Notes under the pieces: generated by a model
The model's input: the letters and a program-made list of their open reading frames with translations, nothing else
Told to the model about the DNA's origin: nothing
Database searches by the model: none
Part shown: one piece after another, positions 53,211 to 62,380 of the stretch
Position numbering within the stretch: the first letter of the stretch is position 1
Layout: each line of letters starts with the position of its first letter
Made by a program: the position numbers and the translations under genes
Assembly: GCA_963768035.1 (NCBI GenBank)
Contig: CAVYGJ010000008.1
Coordinates: 26,710-90,709 of the forward strand
DNA length: 64,000 nt
From: an uncultured Chloroflexia bacterium
GTDB taxonomy: Bacteria; Chloroflexota; Limnocylindria; Limnocylindrales; CSP1-4
Reading direction: 5' to 3'

Positions 53211-53513
53211 GTGTTCCAGGATCGGTCGCTGACTTGCCGCGATTGCAGCGAGTCATTCGTGTTCTCGTCCGGCGAACAGGCATTCTTCGCGAGCAAGGGC
53301 CTCACCAACGATCCGCAGCGGTGCACGACATGCCGTGCCGCGGCGAAGACCGCGAGGAGCGCCAGTCCCGGCGGATCGCGCGAGTACCACGCGGCGATCT
53401 GCAACAGCTGTGGCGGCCAGGCGATGGTCCCGTTCCAGCCCCGGAACGACCGCCCCGTCTACTGCAGCACCTGCTTCGACAAGGTGAAGTCCGGGCCCGC
53501 CGTCACGGCCTGA
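53211..53513 (+). CDS. Zinc-ribbon / CxxC-x17-CxxC domain protein
   Basis: DRSLTCRDC..FSSGEQAFF..PQRCTTCR and CNSCG..VPFQP..RPVYCSTCF; GGAGGA RBS. Confidence 0.9.
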   Translation: MFQDRSLTCRDCSESFVFSSGEQAFFASKGLTNDPQRCTTCRAAAKTARSASPGGSREYHAAICNSCGGQAMVPFQPRNDRPVYCSTCFDKVKSGPAVTA

Positions 53514-53639
53514 CTCCTCGACCCACCACGAGCACGCGCCGTCGGGCTGCCCGGCGGCGCGTTTCGATTCGCGACGCACGACCGCGCTCCGGCCCGCCCG
53601 GCCTATGCTGGCCCTGCTGAAGCATCGAGGAGGAGCCAC

Positions 53640-53843
53640 GTGGGCGTCATCATCATCCGGGAGATGGTCGGATCGAGTCCCCGATCCTGGTCCGACGCCG
53701 CCCGACAGGCGGTCGCGACGGCCTCGAAGACCGTCCGCAACATCCGCACGATCGAGGTCGTCCGGCAGACCGCCAAGATCGAGGACGGCGACATCGTGGA
53801 GTACCAGGTCGAGCTCAAGATCGGGTTCGAGTACGAGGGGTAG
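53640..53843 (+). CDS. Dodecin family protein
   Basis: EMVGSSPRSWSDAARQAV..ASKTVRNI..EYQVELKIGF; GAGGAGGAG RBS. Confidence 0.88.
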   Translation: MGVIIIREMVGSSPRSWSDAARQAVATASKTVRNIRTIEVVRQTAKIEDGDIVEYQVELKIGFEYEG

Positions 53844-53920
53844 CCCCCGCTGCGCGTTCGGCGATCGGGAGGCCAGTCCCAGATAAGTCCGCGGTGAGCC
53901 GCACAGGGCATCCTGCGCGC

Positions 53921-56900
53921 ATGGCCTCGCCCACGACGTCCCTCACCGGCCCAGCGCCTCGCGCGCCGCGGCCGAGCACGTCGCCCACGGCCGAGGATCG
54001 GGGGCCGCTCGAGCCCCCGCCCCCTCCCGCGCCGCTGCCGCTCGAGCAGCACCTCCGCAACTTGGGCAATCCGGCGGCGCTCGGGTCCGTATCATTCGCG
54101 CCCAGCGGAGTGCCGCATCCGGGGAACCCGGCGGCGGCGTCGGAGTGGGGAGCGGAGGGGCATGCGCTCATCGGCGTCGGACCCGGGCGGCCTGGACGCG
54201 GGCTTCGTGCGGGCCTGATGAGCCAGTACCCGTTCCCCATCACAGGCGCGAAGATCCATTCGCCCCTCCTGCGATCGGACACACTGTCGCGGCCGCGGCT
54301 CAACGACTGGCTGGACCGCGCAGCGGCGGGTCGCGTGGCGCTGATCGTCGCGGAGGCAGGGTTCGGGAAGACGACGCTGCTCGCGGACTGGGCGGCCCGG
54401 ACCCCACGTCGGATCGCGTGGTATCGACTCGAGCCCGATGACAAGGACTGGCTCGTCTTCCTGCGCCACCTGGTCGCCGCCGGTCGCGAGCTCGACCCCG
54501 ACTTCGCCGCCGACTCGCTGGAGCTGATCCTCGCGCTCGGGTCCGGCGGGCCGCAGCAGGAGGACATCGTCGCGTCGCTCGTGCGCGAGTACGGCGACTT
54601 CGCGGCGACGCAGCCCGATGGGCTGACCCTCATCCTCGACGACCACCACGCCATCGATGGCTCGACCGGAGACCGACGCGATCCTCCGGTCGCTCATCGA
54701 GCGGACGGGCAGCGGGTTCTCGATCGTCATCGCGTCACGCGCGGCGCCGAAGGTGCCCCTCGGCCGGCTGCGCGCACGAGGCGGCCTGAGCCGGATCGAG
54801 GGCGAGGACCTCTGCTTCGACGTCCCGGAGACGGACCGGCTGTTCCGCGAGGCCTACAACCGGCCGCTCGAGCCCGACATCGTCGCGGAGCTGATCAAGC
54901 GGACCGAGGGATGGGCCGCCCTCCTCACGCTCGTGCGCACGAGCCTCGAGGACAAGGACGCGCCCGAGGCCCGGGCCCTCGTCGCCCAGCTCAGCGCCAC
55001 CCACGGCGACCTGTACGACTTCCTCGCGGAAGAGGTGCTCGAGACGCTGTCGCCTTCGCAGCAGCGCTTCCTCACCCGAGTGTCGGTCCTCGTCTCGGTC
55101 GATGCGGAGACGGGCTCCCTCGTCGACGGCCGGCCGCCCGCCGAGCTCGCGCCAGTGATCGCCGAGGCCGAGACGCTCGGCCTCCTCACCCGTCCCGACC
55201 GCGAGTCCCCGCACCGCTTCCATCCCCTGGTCCGCGACTTCCTCGTCGCCCGCCTCCGCGAAGAAGTCGGCGACGCACGAGTCCGAGAGATGCACGCGAT
55301 GGTGGCCGAGGCATCTCGAGTTCCGGCGACTGGTACGGCTCAGCTTGGCACTACCGAGCGGCCGGCCGACGGTCATGGATGCGGAACGGGTAGTCGATGC
55401 AGCGGTTGGCGACATCATCGCAACTGGAACGTTTGAGCGCGCGGCGCCGTTTCTCGATGGGTCAGCAGGGTCGATTGATCGACCAGCTGCGCTGATCTTG
55501 CTCTCGCGGCTGGAGTTCGGTCGCGGTCAGATCGCGACGGCACTCCGACTCGCACGAACCGCGGTCGAGCGTTCATCAGGTATCCGCGTATTCGGCACCG
55601 CGCTGCTGAACCTAGCCTGGCCTGCAGGGCGTAGCGGGCTACAGTGACGACGGGGTTGCCCTGGCGACGCAAGCCTTGAGTGCCGACCTTCTGACTCCGA
55701 GCGGGCGATCGCTCAAGCGATCGTGTCACTCAGGACTCTCGCCGACGACGGTGATCTCGAGGAGGGTGCGGCGTTCCTTCGCAACCTCGCAAGCCAGCAG
55801 ATCCGAGATGGGCAACGACGGTACGCGGCTATTACGTTGCTTATCCTCTCCTCGGCCTTGACGTGGCTCGGTCGACCCAGCGAGGCGCTCGATGCTGCCA
55901 ATGCAGCGAGTGTCGAGATCCTCGCCAGTGGGGCTAGGGGCGTGGAGCTCGTGTCCATCCTGCTCGCCCGCGCGGCGGCATACCTTCACCTCGGCATGAG
56001 AGAGCGGGCCGAGTCGGCTCTGGCTGAGGCGGCGAGCGCGAGCTCCGACCTCACATCGGACGAGGTCCACCTCGAGACTGGTCGCCTGTTCGCGGCCCTC
56101 GGCGCGTTGGCGCCGGCAGAATCTCGCTCTGAGCAGGGTCGCCGAGGACGGCTTGGCCGATGGATATGCAACGATCTACGCAGCGTCAATGCTCTCCTTA
56201 GCAATTCGCAGGCGCACCCTCGACGAGTCAACGACCCGGCTCGAGATCCTCCGCCAGCATGCGAACACCGAGATCGCCGAGCCGACTGCAACTGGAGATC
56301 TTCGCGATCCGCGTCGCCCTGCTCCGTGGTGAGAACGCGACGTCTGCGATCGAGGCTGCGGCCACCCTTGCCAGGAGCAGCAGTCGAGGGTCGGTCGCGC
56401 GGCTCATGCAGTTGCTAGCTGACGTAAGTGACGAGCGGGCACACTGCACTCGTCGATCACCAGCATCCCGGACGAGCTCAGCTACTGCCTCTCACTCGTG
56501 GCTGAGGAAGTTGCTCACGCGGCTCACCGGCTGTCGCCCTCAGCGTCCGCACGCGTTCGTGACGAAGTTGAGCTTCGCCCTGATCGATGGCGTGAGGCGT
56601 TGCGGTCTGAGATTGAGCAAGGTGGCCTGAGCGCCTTGGCGTGCGCCGAGTTGCTGCTCGAGATTGGCACGAACGAGGATGCCGCAGCGCTCCGAGCAGT
56701 TGCCGCCAAGACAAAGGAGCTCCGTCCTGCCGCGCTAGCGACTCACGAATCGACTAGCCGAGCCAGTAGTCGTTCACGATCTCGGCCCAGTGACGGTAAG
56801 CCTGGGTGATACGACCGTTCGCATTGTTCGTCGCAAGGTGCTGGCGCTCCTGTGCTTCCTAATCACAAAGCCCAACATGGCGGCAACCCGCGACGAGATT

Positions 56901-57465
56901 CTTGAGGCCCTGTGGGCTGACCTGACTCCCGACACAGCAGGCAACTCACTGCACCAGACCATCTACTTCCTTCGGCGAATATTTGAACCGGACTTCCGAG
57001 AAGGGCTCAGCGCCAAGTACGTCAACTACGACGGTGAGATTGCCGGCCTCAATCGCCGATCGCGTGTCAAGTGACAGTCGCTCCTGCTGGAGGTCGATCG
57101 AGGCTGGCACAGCGGACGTGGCTGCGTTCACCGAGCTCCTCTCGACCTATCGCGGCCGCTTCGCGCTTGACTTCGCGTATGAGGAGTGGGCGACCGACTA
57201 CCGAGACACACTGCACGCGGCCGTGCTGTCGGCTGCGGAGGCCGCGGTCGTGCGGGCGACCAGCGAAGGCGATGTCGACACGGCAGTGCTCATCGCTCAG
57301 CGGATTCTCGAGGTCGATCCAGAGGCCGACGCGATCGAGGCGAGCCTTCTGCGAACGTACAGGGAGGCGGGCCGAACGGCCGCCGCGGCGGAACAGTACG
57401 CCCACTACTCGTCCGCGCTTCGCGACGATCTAGGCGTCGAGGCGCCGACCTTGGAGGATGTCTAG
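53921..57465 (+). CDS. Large regulator: MalT-like ATPase + TPR-like helices + C-terminal wHTH/BTAD (many frameshifts)
   Basis: KIHSP..RPRL, Walker A AEAGFGKTTLL, LILDDHH, RTEGWAA, YDFLAEEVL and RFHPLVRDFL. C-terminal DLGP, RRKVLALLCFL, RDEILEALW, NSLHQTIYFLRR and YRGRFALDFAYEEW. The start could also be 54218. Confidence 0.75.
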
Positions 57466-57530
57466 GATCGCGTGGCAGCCGGCAACGGCATCGCCACCCA
57501 CGTACCGGTGGGCATAGGTAGGGTTGCGTA

Positions 57531-57560
57531 TTGACCGGTGTAGACGGCCAAACCTAGAGT
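57531..57560 (+). promoter_or_regulatory. Sigma70-type promoter upstream of the riboswitch
   Basis: TTGACC-N18-TAGAGT. Confidence 0.55.
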
Positions 57561-57589
57561 ACGGCCTGCACTAGTACGAACGTACGGTG

Positions 57590-57676
57590 CATCAAGGAAA
57601 CGCTCGGACGCGCTGATACCACCACCTGAATTGGGCACTTAGGGTGGAGGTGGAGCGAGTAGTGCAACCGACCGAC
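57590..57676 (+). ncRNA. c-di-GMP-II-like riboswitch aptamer
   Basis: GGAAAC(57596)..AATTGGGCACTT(57629-57640)..GAGCGAGTAGTGCAACCGACC(57653-57673). GCACT/AGTGC pseudoknot pairing matches class-II hallmarks, and it lies upstream of an HD-GYP gene. Confidence 0.75.
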
Positions 57677-57697
57677 TTTCGAGTCTGGTCGGTTTTC
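57666..57697 (+). terminator. Riboswitch expression-platform terminator
   Basis: AACCGACC-GACT-ttcg-AGTC-t-GGTCGGTT-TT; its 5' arm overlaps the aptamer 3' end. Confidence 0.75.
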
Positions 57698-57736
57698 GTG
57701 TTCCTACGGACACGGAGGCCGCAAGGAGGAACGAGC

Positions 57737-57769
57737 GTGGCACCCAACAAAGGCCTCAAGGGCTGGTAG
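57737..57769 (+). CDS. Micro-ORF, 10 aa MAPNKGLKGW
   Basis: AAGGAGGA RBS 6 nt upstream of GTG. GTG GCA CCC AAC AAA GGC CTC AAG GGC TGG TAG. Shares LKG-aromatic with the next ORF. Confidence 0.55.
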   Translation: MAPNKGLKGW

Positions 57770-57790
57770 CAGGACTCGGAGGATCGACCG

Positions 57791-57882
57791 ATGAAGGATC
57801 GCCTCATGCGAGTCCTGGCTCTCGATTAGCGCAGTCGCCGCTGTTGGCGCTCGCTGGCGGGGCATCGCTAAAGGGCTTCTGT
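57791..57882 (+). CDS. Putative peptide-signal precursor, reconstructed MKDRLMRVLALISAVAALALAGGASLKGF (needs indel correction)
   Basis: GGAGGA RBS with ATG at 57791. As sequenced it stops at 57829, but consecutive frames read ISAVAA and LALAGGASLKGF followed by TG. Neighbouring genes are equally indel-rich. Confidence 0.5.
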
Positions 57883-57970
57883 CAGGGACTACACCTCAGT
57901 ACTCAAGTCCTCTTCACCCACTCGGGTGATGGGGCTAGAGTCCGCGCAAGTTGCGTGAACTGAGGTGCTG

Positions 57971-59387
57971 ATGCCGAGACAGCTGAAGCTCTACATCACT
58001 GGGGTCGTGGCAGTCGGCGCACTCGCGCTGGTCGTCACGACCCTTGTGATTCCCGTTGATCCGCTGATCGGCTGAGGGGTTCGGACGCACTCGGGCCTGC
58101 AGCCACAGCAGTTGGCTCTGCTCGTTCTGGACCCTGCGTCACCCTTGTCGCGTCGGCGCTGCCGGTGCCGGATGCCCCGCGGAACGATGGTCGGCGTATC
58201 CATCGCACCATCTGATCGCCGCAACAGCCCTTGGTGGCCCGACCGCCGGCGCCTGGGTCGCGCTCTTGGGACCACCGAGATGCGCGAGCTGCGCGGCCGC
58301 ATCCCTTGGTACGGAACGCTGGCAAATCACGCCGGCCTGCTGCTACCCACGTTCGCAGCGGGCATGGCTGATGCGCCTGTTCCACGTTCCGAGCGCTGAA
58401 GCCTCGGTGTTCGCTGACTCTCGTCGCCACGATGTTCGCGTCCGTCGTCTTCTTTGCTCTCAATGCGACGCTCATCAGCCACCCTCGTTGCCCTCCGCAC
58501 CGAGCAGCCCTTCGAGACCGTCCTGCTGGGTGACACTCGGGGCTTCGCGACCAGCCTCGTGGGCCTGCGCCCCGATCGGTTGGCTGATGTCACAGATGTA
58601 CGTGGTCGCGTGGTGGGCGAGCCTGTTGTTCGTCGTGCCGCTCTACACGACCCGGCTCGCGTACCACAACTTCATCGAGATGCGGGAGATGTTCACCCAG
58701 ACGATCACCGCGCTGGCCGGCGCGGTGGACAAGCGGGACCCGTACACGAGCAAGCACAGCTGGCGCGTGAAGGAGATCGCGGGGGACATCGGGCGGGCGA
58801 TGCGCCTGGGCGAGGCGGACCTCGAGGCGCTCGAGTGGGGCGGCCTGCTCCACGACGTCGGCAAGATCGGCGTGCCGGACAACGTGCTGCACAAGCAGGA
58901 GCGGCTCAACAAGGAAGAGCGGATGCTCATGAACGCGCACCCGGTGCTGGGCGCGCAGATCATCCAGCCGGTCACGCGGCTGTCCCGCGAGCTGCCGATC
59001 ATCCGCCACCACCACGAGTGGTACAACGGCTCGGGGTACCCGGACCGGCTCATCGGCGACGAGATCCCGCTGCTCGCGCGGATCCTCCACGTCGCGGACG
59101 CGTTCGAGGCCATGACCGCCCAGCGGCCGTACCGGATGACGCCGCTCACCGCAGAGCAGGCGCTCGGCGAGCTCCGCAAGTTCGCCGGCATCCAGTTCGA
59201 TCCCAAGGTCGTGGACGCGTTCGTCCGCACGACCTGGGTCGAGGGCGTGAACGACCCTGGCCGCACGGTCCAGTCCCGCCCGATCCCGATGATCAGCCAG
59301 CACGCGAACCGCGCGGCGGCCGTCCCCTCCCCCCTCGCCGTCAACAGCAATCTGCCGGTGCCGGGCTCGCCGGCCGACGTGTCCTGA
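57971..59387 (+). CDS. Membrane-sensor HD-GYP phosphodiesterase (N-terminal multi-TM domain frameshifted)
   Basis: GAGGTG RBS with MPRQLKLYITGVVAVG. TM segments VASALPVRMPRG..ALGGP..PWYGTLANHA. Catalytic motifs KRDPYTSKHS, LLHDVGKIG, HHHEWYNGSGYP and VADAFEAMT..RPYR. Confidence 0.88.
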
Positions 59388-59466
59388 GGGCTCGCCACTC
59401 CGCCGACCCCGCTGACGGCGACGCGATCGCCGCCACGCGACCCTCGATGCACCGCAGAATCGGCCG

Positions 59467-61599
59467 ATGCTGATCGGCGGTATCGCGCTCGGACTGGTGC
59501 TGGGCCTCGTGCTCGGCGGCAGGCTCGACCGCCTGGCGGACATCCGCCTCCAGTACCTGCCGCTCCTGTTCCTCGCGGTCATCGTCCGCTTCGGGACGGA
59601 GATCCTGCTGGGCCGCGGCGTCGAGATCGTCGACACGCTCCGGATGCCGCTCCTCGGCACGGCCTACGGCCTCCTGCTGTTCACGCTGTGGCACAACCGG
59701 ACGTACCCGGGCCTCGCGCTCGCCTTCGTCGGCATCGCGAGCAACGGGCTCGTCATCCTCGTCAACGGCGGCCGGATGCCGGTCTGGATGGACGCCTACC
59801 GGCTGAGCGGCCTCACCGGCGACCTCAACTCGGTCCTCCACGTCCCGCTCGAGACGCTCGACGCGGAGTTCTTCCTCCGCCTCGGCCCGCTCGCGGACAT
59901 CATCCCGCTCCCCCTCCCGCCATTCCAGAACGTCGCGTCGATCGGCGACCTGTTCCTCACCGCGGGCCTCGGCTTCTTCCTGTTCGCGACGCTCCTGCGC
60001 ACGCCCGCCGAGGCACAGCAGGAGCTCGACGAGGCGCGCGAGGGACACCTCGTGGGCGTCAGCGGGACCGCCCGCCTCCGCGCACCCGGCGCCCATCCGG
60101 CCGGCACGGCGGCGACGATCCCGGCGAGCACCGGCCTCAGCCCGGCACTCGAGGAGTCGGCCGCGCTCGAACGGCCGCTCCGCCTCGGGTCGAGCGGGGC
60201 CGGCCTCGCCTCACCCGCCCTCAGCGTTCGTCCCGAGGCCGCGCTCGAGGGTGCCGGCACCGCCGGAACCGCGGGCGCAACCGCCGTCGGTGTCGGACGT
60301 CCCCGTCGCTCCACCCTCGCCAGGGTCCGCCGTCACCCGTACGTGCGCCTCGCGCTCAACGGCTCGTTCTCCGCGCTCTGGTTCGGCCAGCTCATCAGCC
60401 TGTTCGGCGACCGGGTCAACCAGATCGCCCTCATCTACTTCGTGTTCGAGATCACGAAGTCGCCGCTCCACGTGGCGCTGTTGTTCGTCGCGTTCAACGT
60501 GCCGAACCTGCTCTTCTCCCCGGTCGCGGGCGCCCTCGTGGACCGCTGGGATCACAAGCAGGTCCTCGTGGTGTCGGACATCCTCCGGGCATCGCTGGTG
60601 CTCCTCGTCCCGGTCGCGATCTCGATCAACATCTGGCTCGCCTACCCGATCGTGTTCCTGATCACGACCGTGTCGCTGTTCTTCCGACCCGCCCGGATCT
60701 CGATCCTCCCGCGCCTCGTCCGCGACGGCGAGCTGCTCTCGGCCAACTCGGCGATGTGGGTGGGCGAGACGATCGCGGACGTCGTCAACTACCCGCTCGC
60801 CGGCCTGTTCGTGCTGTTCCTCGGCAGCAGCGTGGCGTTGGCCTTCTGGTTCGACGCGGTGACCTACCTCGCCTCCGCCGTCCTGCTCGGGACGATGGTC
60901 GTCCCGCCGGTCGTCCGCCGGACGCGCGCCGCCGTCGACGCCTGGGGCGAGCCGGTCGAGGGCGCACCGGCCGAGCCCGCGGGCCCGCCGACCGTCGCCG
61001 ACATCCGACGCGACCTCAAGGAGGGCTGGGGCTTCCTGCGCACCGAGGCGACCCTCCTCGCGAACACGCTCCAGGGGACGGCGGCACAGTTCGCGGTCGG
61101 CGTCGTGACGGCCTTGAGCTTCATCATCGCGGAGCAGATCGATCCGACCACGAAGGCCGCCACCTACGCGTTCATGGAGACCGCGATCGGCGTGGGCAAC
61201 CTCGTCGGCGGCTTCGCGCTGGGGCTCATCGCGACGAGGGTGGCCAAGGGTCGGCTGATCATCGCCGCGTACACGATCTTCGGTTTGCTCGTGATCCTCG
61301 TGGGCTTCATCCCGACGCTCCCGGTGATGCTCGGGCTGATGTTCGGGATCGGCGTCGCGAACATGGCGTTCGTCATCCCCAGCCAGACGCTGTTCCAGGA
61401 GCGCACGCCGCCCGAGCTGATGGCACGTGTCGTGAGCTTCCGGTTCGCGCTCGTGTTCGGCGGGATGACGATCGCGACGACCTTCGCGGGCCTGGTGGCG
61501 AACGTGACCGGCGTCGGGCCGGTGATCGTGGTCGCGGGTCTCATCTCCGTCGTCGCCGGTCTCGCGGGCCTGTTCTTCAGCGCCGTCCGGGACGCCTGA
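59467..61599 (+). CDS. DUF5317-domain / MFS transporter fusion protein
   Basis: N-terminal GGRLDRLA, NGLVILVNGGRMPV, LADII and SIGD motifs of DUF5317, a low-complexity linker, then MFS_3-like FSALWFGQLISLFGD, GALVDRWDHK and QERTPPELMARV. One uninterrupted 710-aa ORF. Confidence 0.85.
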   Translation: MLIGGIALGLVLGLVLGGRLDRLADIRLQYLPLLFLAVIVRFGTEILLGRGVEIVDTLRMPLLGTAYGLLLFTLWHNRTYPGLALAFVGIASNGLVILVNGGRMPVWMDAYRLSGLTGDLNSVLHVPLETLDAEFFLRLGPLADIIPLPLPPFQNVASIGDLFLTAGLGFFLFATLLRTPAEAQQELDEAREGHLVGVSGTARLRAPGAHPAGTAATIPASTGLSPALEESAALERPLRLGSSGAGLASPALSVRPEAALEGAGTAGTAGATAVGVGRPRRSTLARVRRHPYVRLALNGSFSALWFGQLISLFGDRVNQIALIYFVFEITKSPLHVALLFVAFNVPNLLFSPVAGALVDRWDHKQVLVVSDILRASLVLLVPVAISINIWLAYPIVFLITTVSLFFRPARISILPRLVRDGELLSANSAMWVGETIADVVNYPLAGLFVLFLGSSVALAFWFDAVTYLASAVLLGTMVVPPVVRRTRAAVDAWGEPVEGAPAEPAGPPTVADIRRDLKEGWGFLRTEATLLANTLQGTAAQFAVGVVTALSFIIAEQIDPTTKAATYAFMETAIGVGNLVGGFALGLIATRVAKGRLIIAAYTIFGLLVILVGFIPTLPVMLGLMFGIGVANMAFVIPSQTLFQERTPPELMARVVSFRFALVFGGMTIATTFAGLVANVTGVGPVIVVAGLISVVAGLAGLFFSAVRDA

Positions 61600-61697
61600 C
61601 GGCCGCGTTCGTCGCGGGACGGCGCGTGGTCGGTACACTGTCGGCCGCGTGAGGCGACGCCCGCAGGCGCACCCGCGATCAGGAGACGGACCACCGC

Positions 61698-62369
61698 ATG
61701 ACCGACCAGGAGCGTGACCCGGAGAGCGCCGCCGGCGCCGAGGGCACGACTGACACGCCCGCCGACGACGCCCCGACGGAGGCGATCGAGACGCCCGTCG
61801 CCGCGCCCGAACCCGAGCCGGTCGTCGAGGCCGAGCAGGCCGAGGTCGAGGCTGAGGTCGAGGCCGAAGCCGAGGTCGAGGCGGCCGCCGAGGCCGACGA
61901 CGAAGCCGACGCCGACGAGGTCGAAGCCGAGGCCGAGGCCGACGACGAAGCCGACGAGGCCGAGGCCGACGAGGCGCCGGTCGCCGCCGCAGCCGCCGGT
62001 GCGGCCGTCGCCGCCGGGGCCAGCCGCAAGACGCCGCGTGGCGCCCCCGCCAAGAAGCCCGCCGCCGCGCCGACCGTCTCGGAGCAGGCAGTCCGTGTCG
62101 ACGACCGCGCGTCGGGCATCTTCGTCCTCACGATCGTCGGCGTGTTCATCGCGATCTTCGTGTTCGCGATGCTGTTCGGCTACGGCAGCTTCTTCGGCAA
62201 CGTGTTCAAGGCGGCGCCGACGCCGACCCCCGTCGTGACGCCCGCTCCCTCGGCGAGCGCGTCCGCCTCCCCGAGCGCGTCCGCCGCGCCCAGCGTCTCC
62301 GTGGCACCCAGCGCCTCGCCGGTCGCCAGCCCGTCGGCGGCACCCTCTCCGAGCCCCTCGGCGAGCTGA
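61698..62369 (+). CDS. Single-TM protein with acidic E/A/D-rich N-terminus and Ser/Pro/Ala tail
   Basis: AGGAG RBS, low-complexity ends, and core SEQAVRVDDRAS plus TM. Confidence 0.7.
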   Translation: MTDQERDPESAAGAEGTTDTPADDAPTEAIETPVAAPEPEPVVEAEQAEVEAEVEAEAEVEAAAEADDEADADEVEAEAEADDEADEAEADEAPVAAAAAGAAVAAGASRKTPRGAPAKKPAAAPTVSEQAVRVDDRASGIFVLTIVGVFIAIFVFAMLFGYGSFFGNVFKAAPTPTPVVTPAPSASASASPSASAAPSVSVAPSASPVASPSAAPSPSPSAS

Positions 62370-62380
62370 CGCCCGGTCCG

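Noticed and set aside
57480-57530. SARP-type heptamer direct repeats upstream of the riboswitch promoter
   Set aside because: Several CGTA/CATA/GGTA words occur but without a clean 11-bp periodicity.
57662-57769. Longer 35-aa version of the first micro-ORF starting at GTG 57662
   Set aside because: It is in frame but starts inside the riboswitch pseudoknot and runs through the terminator. The strong AAGGAGGA site favours GTG 57737.
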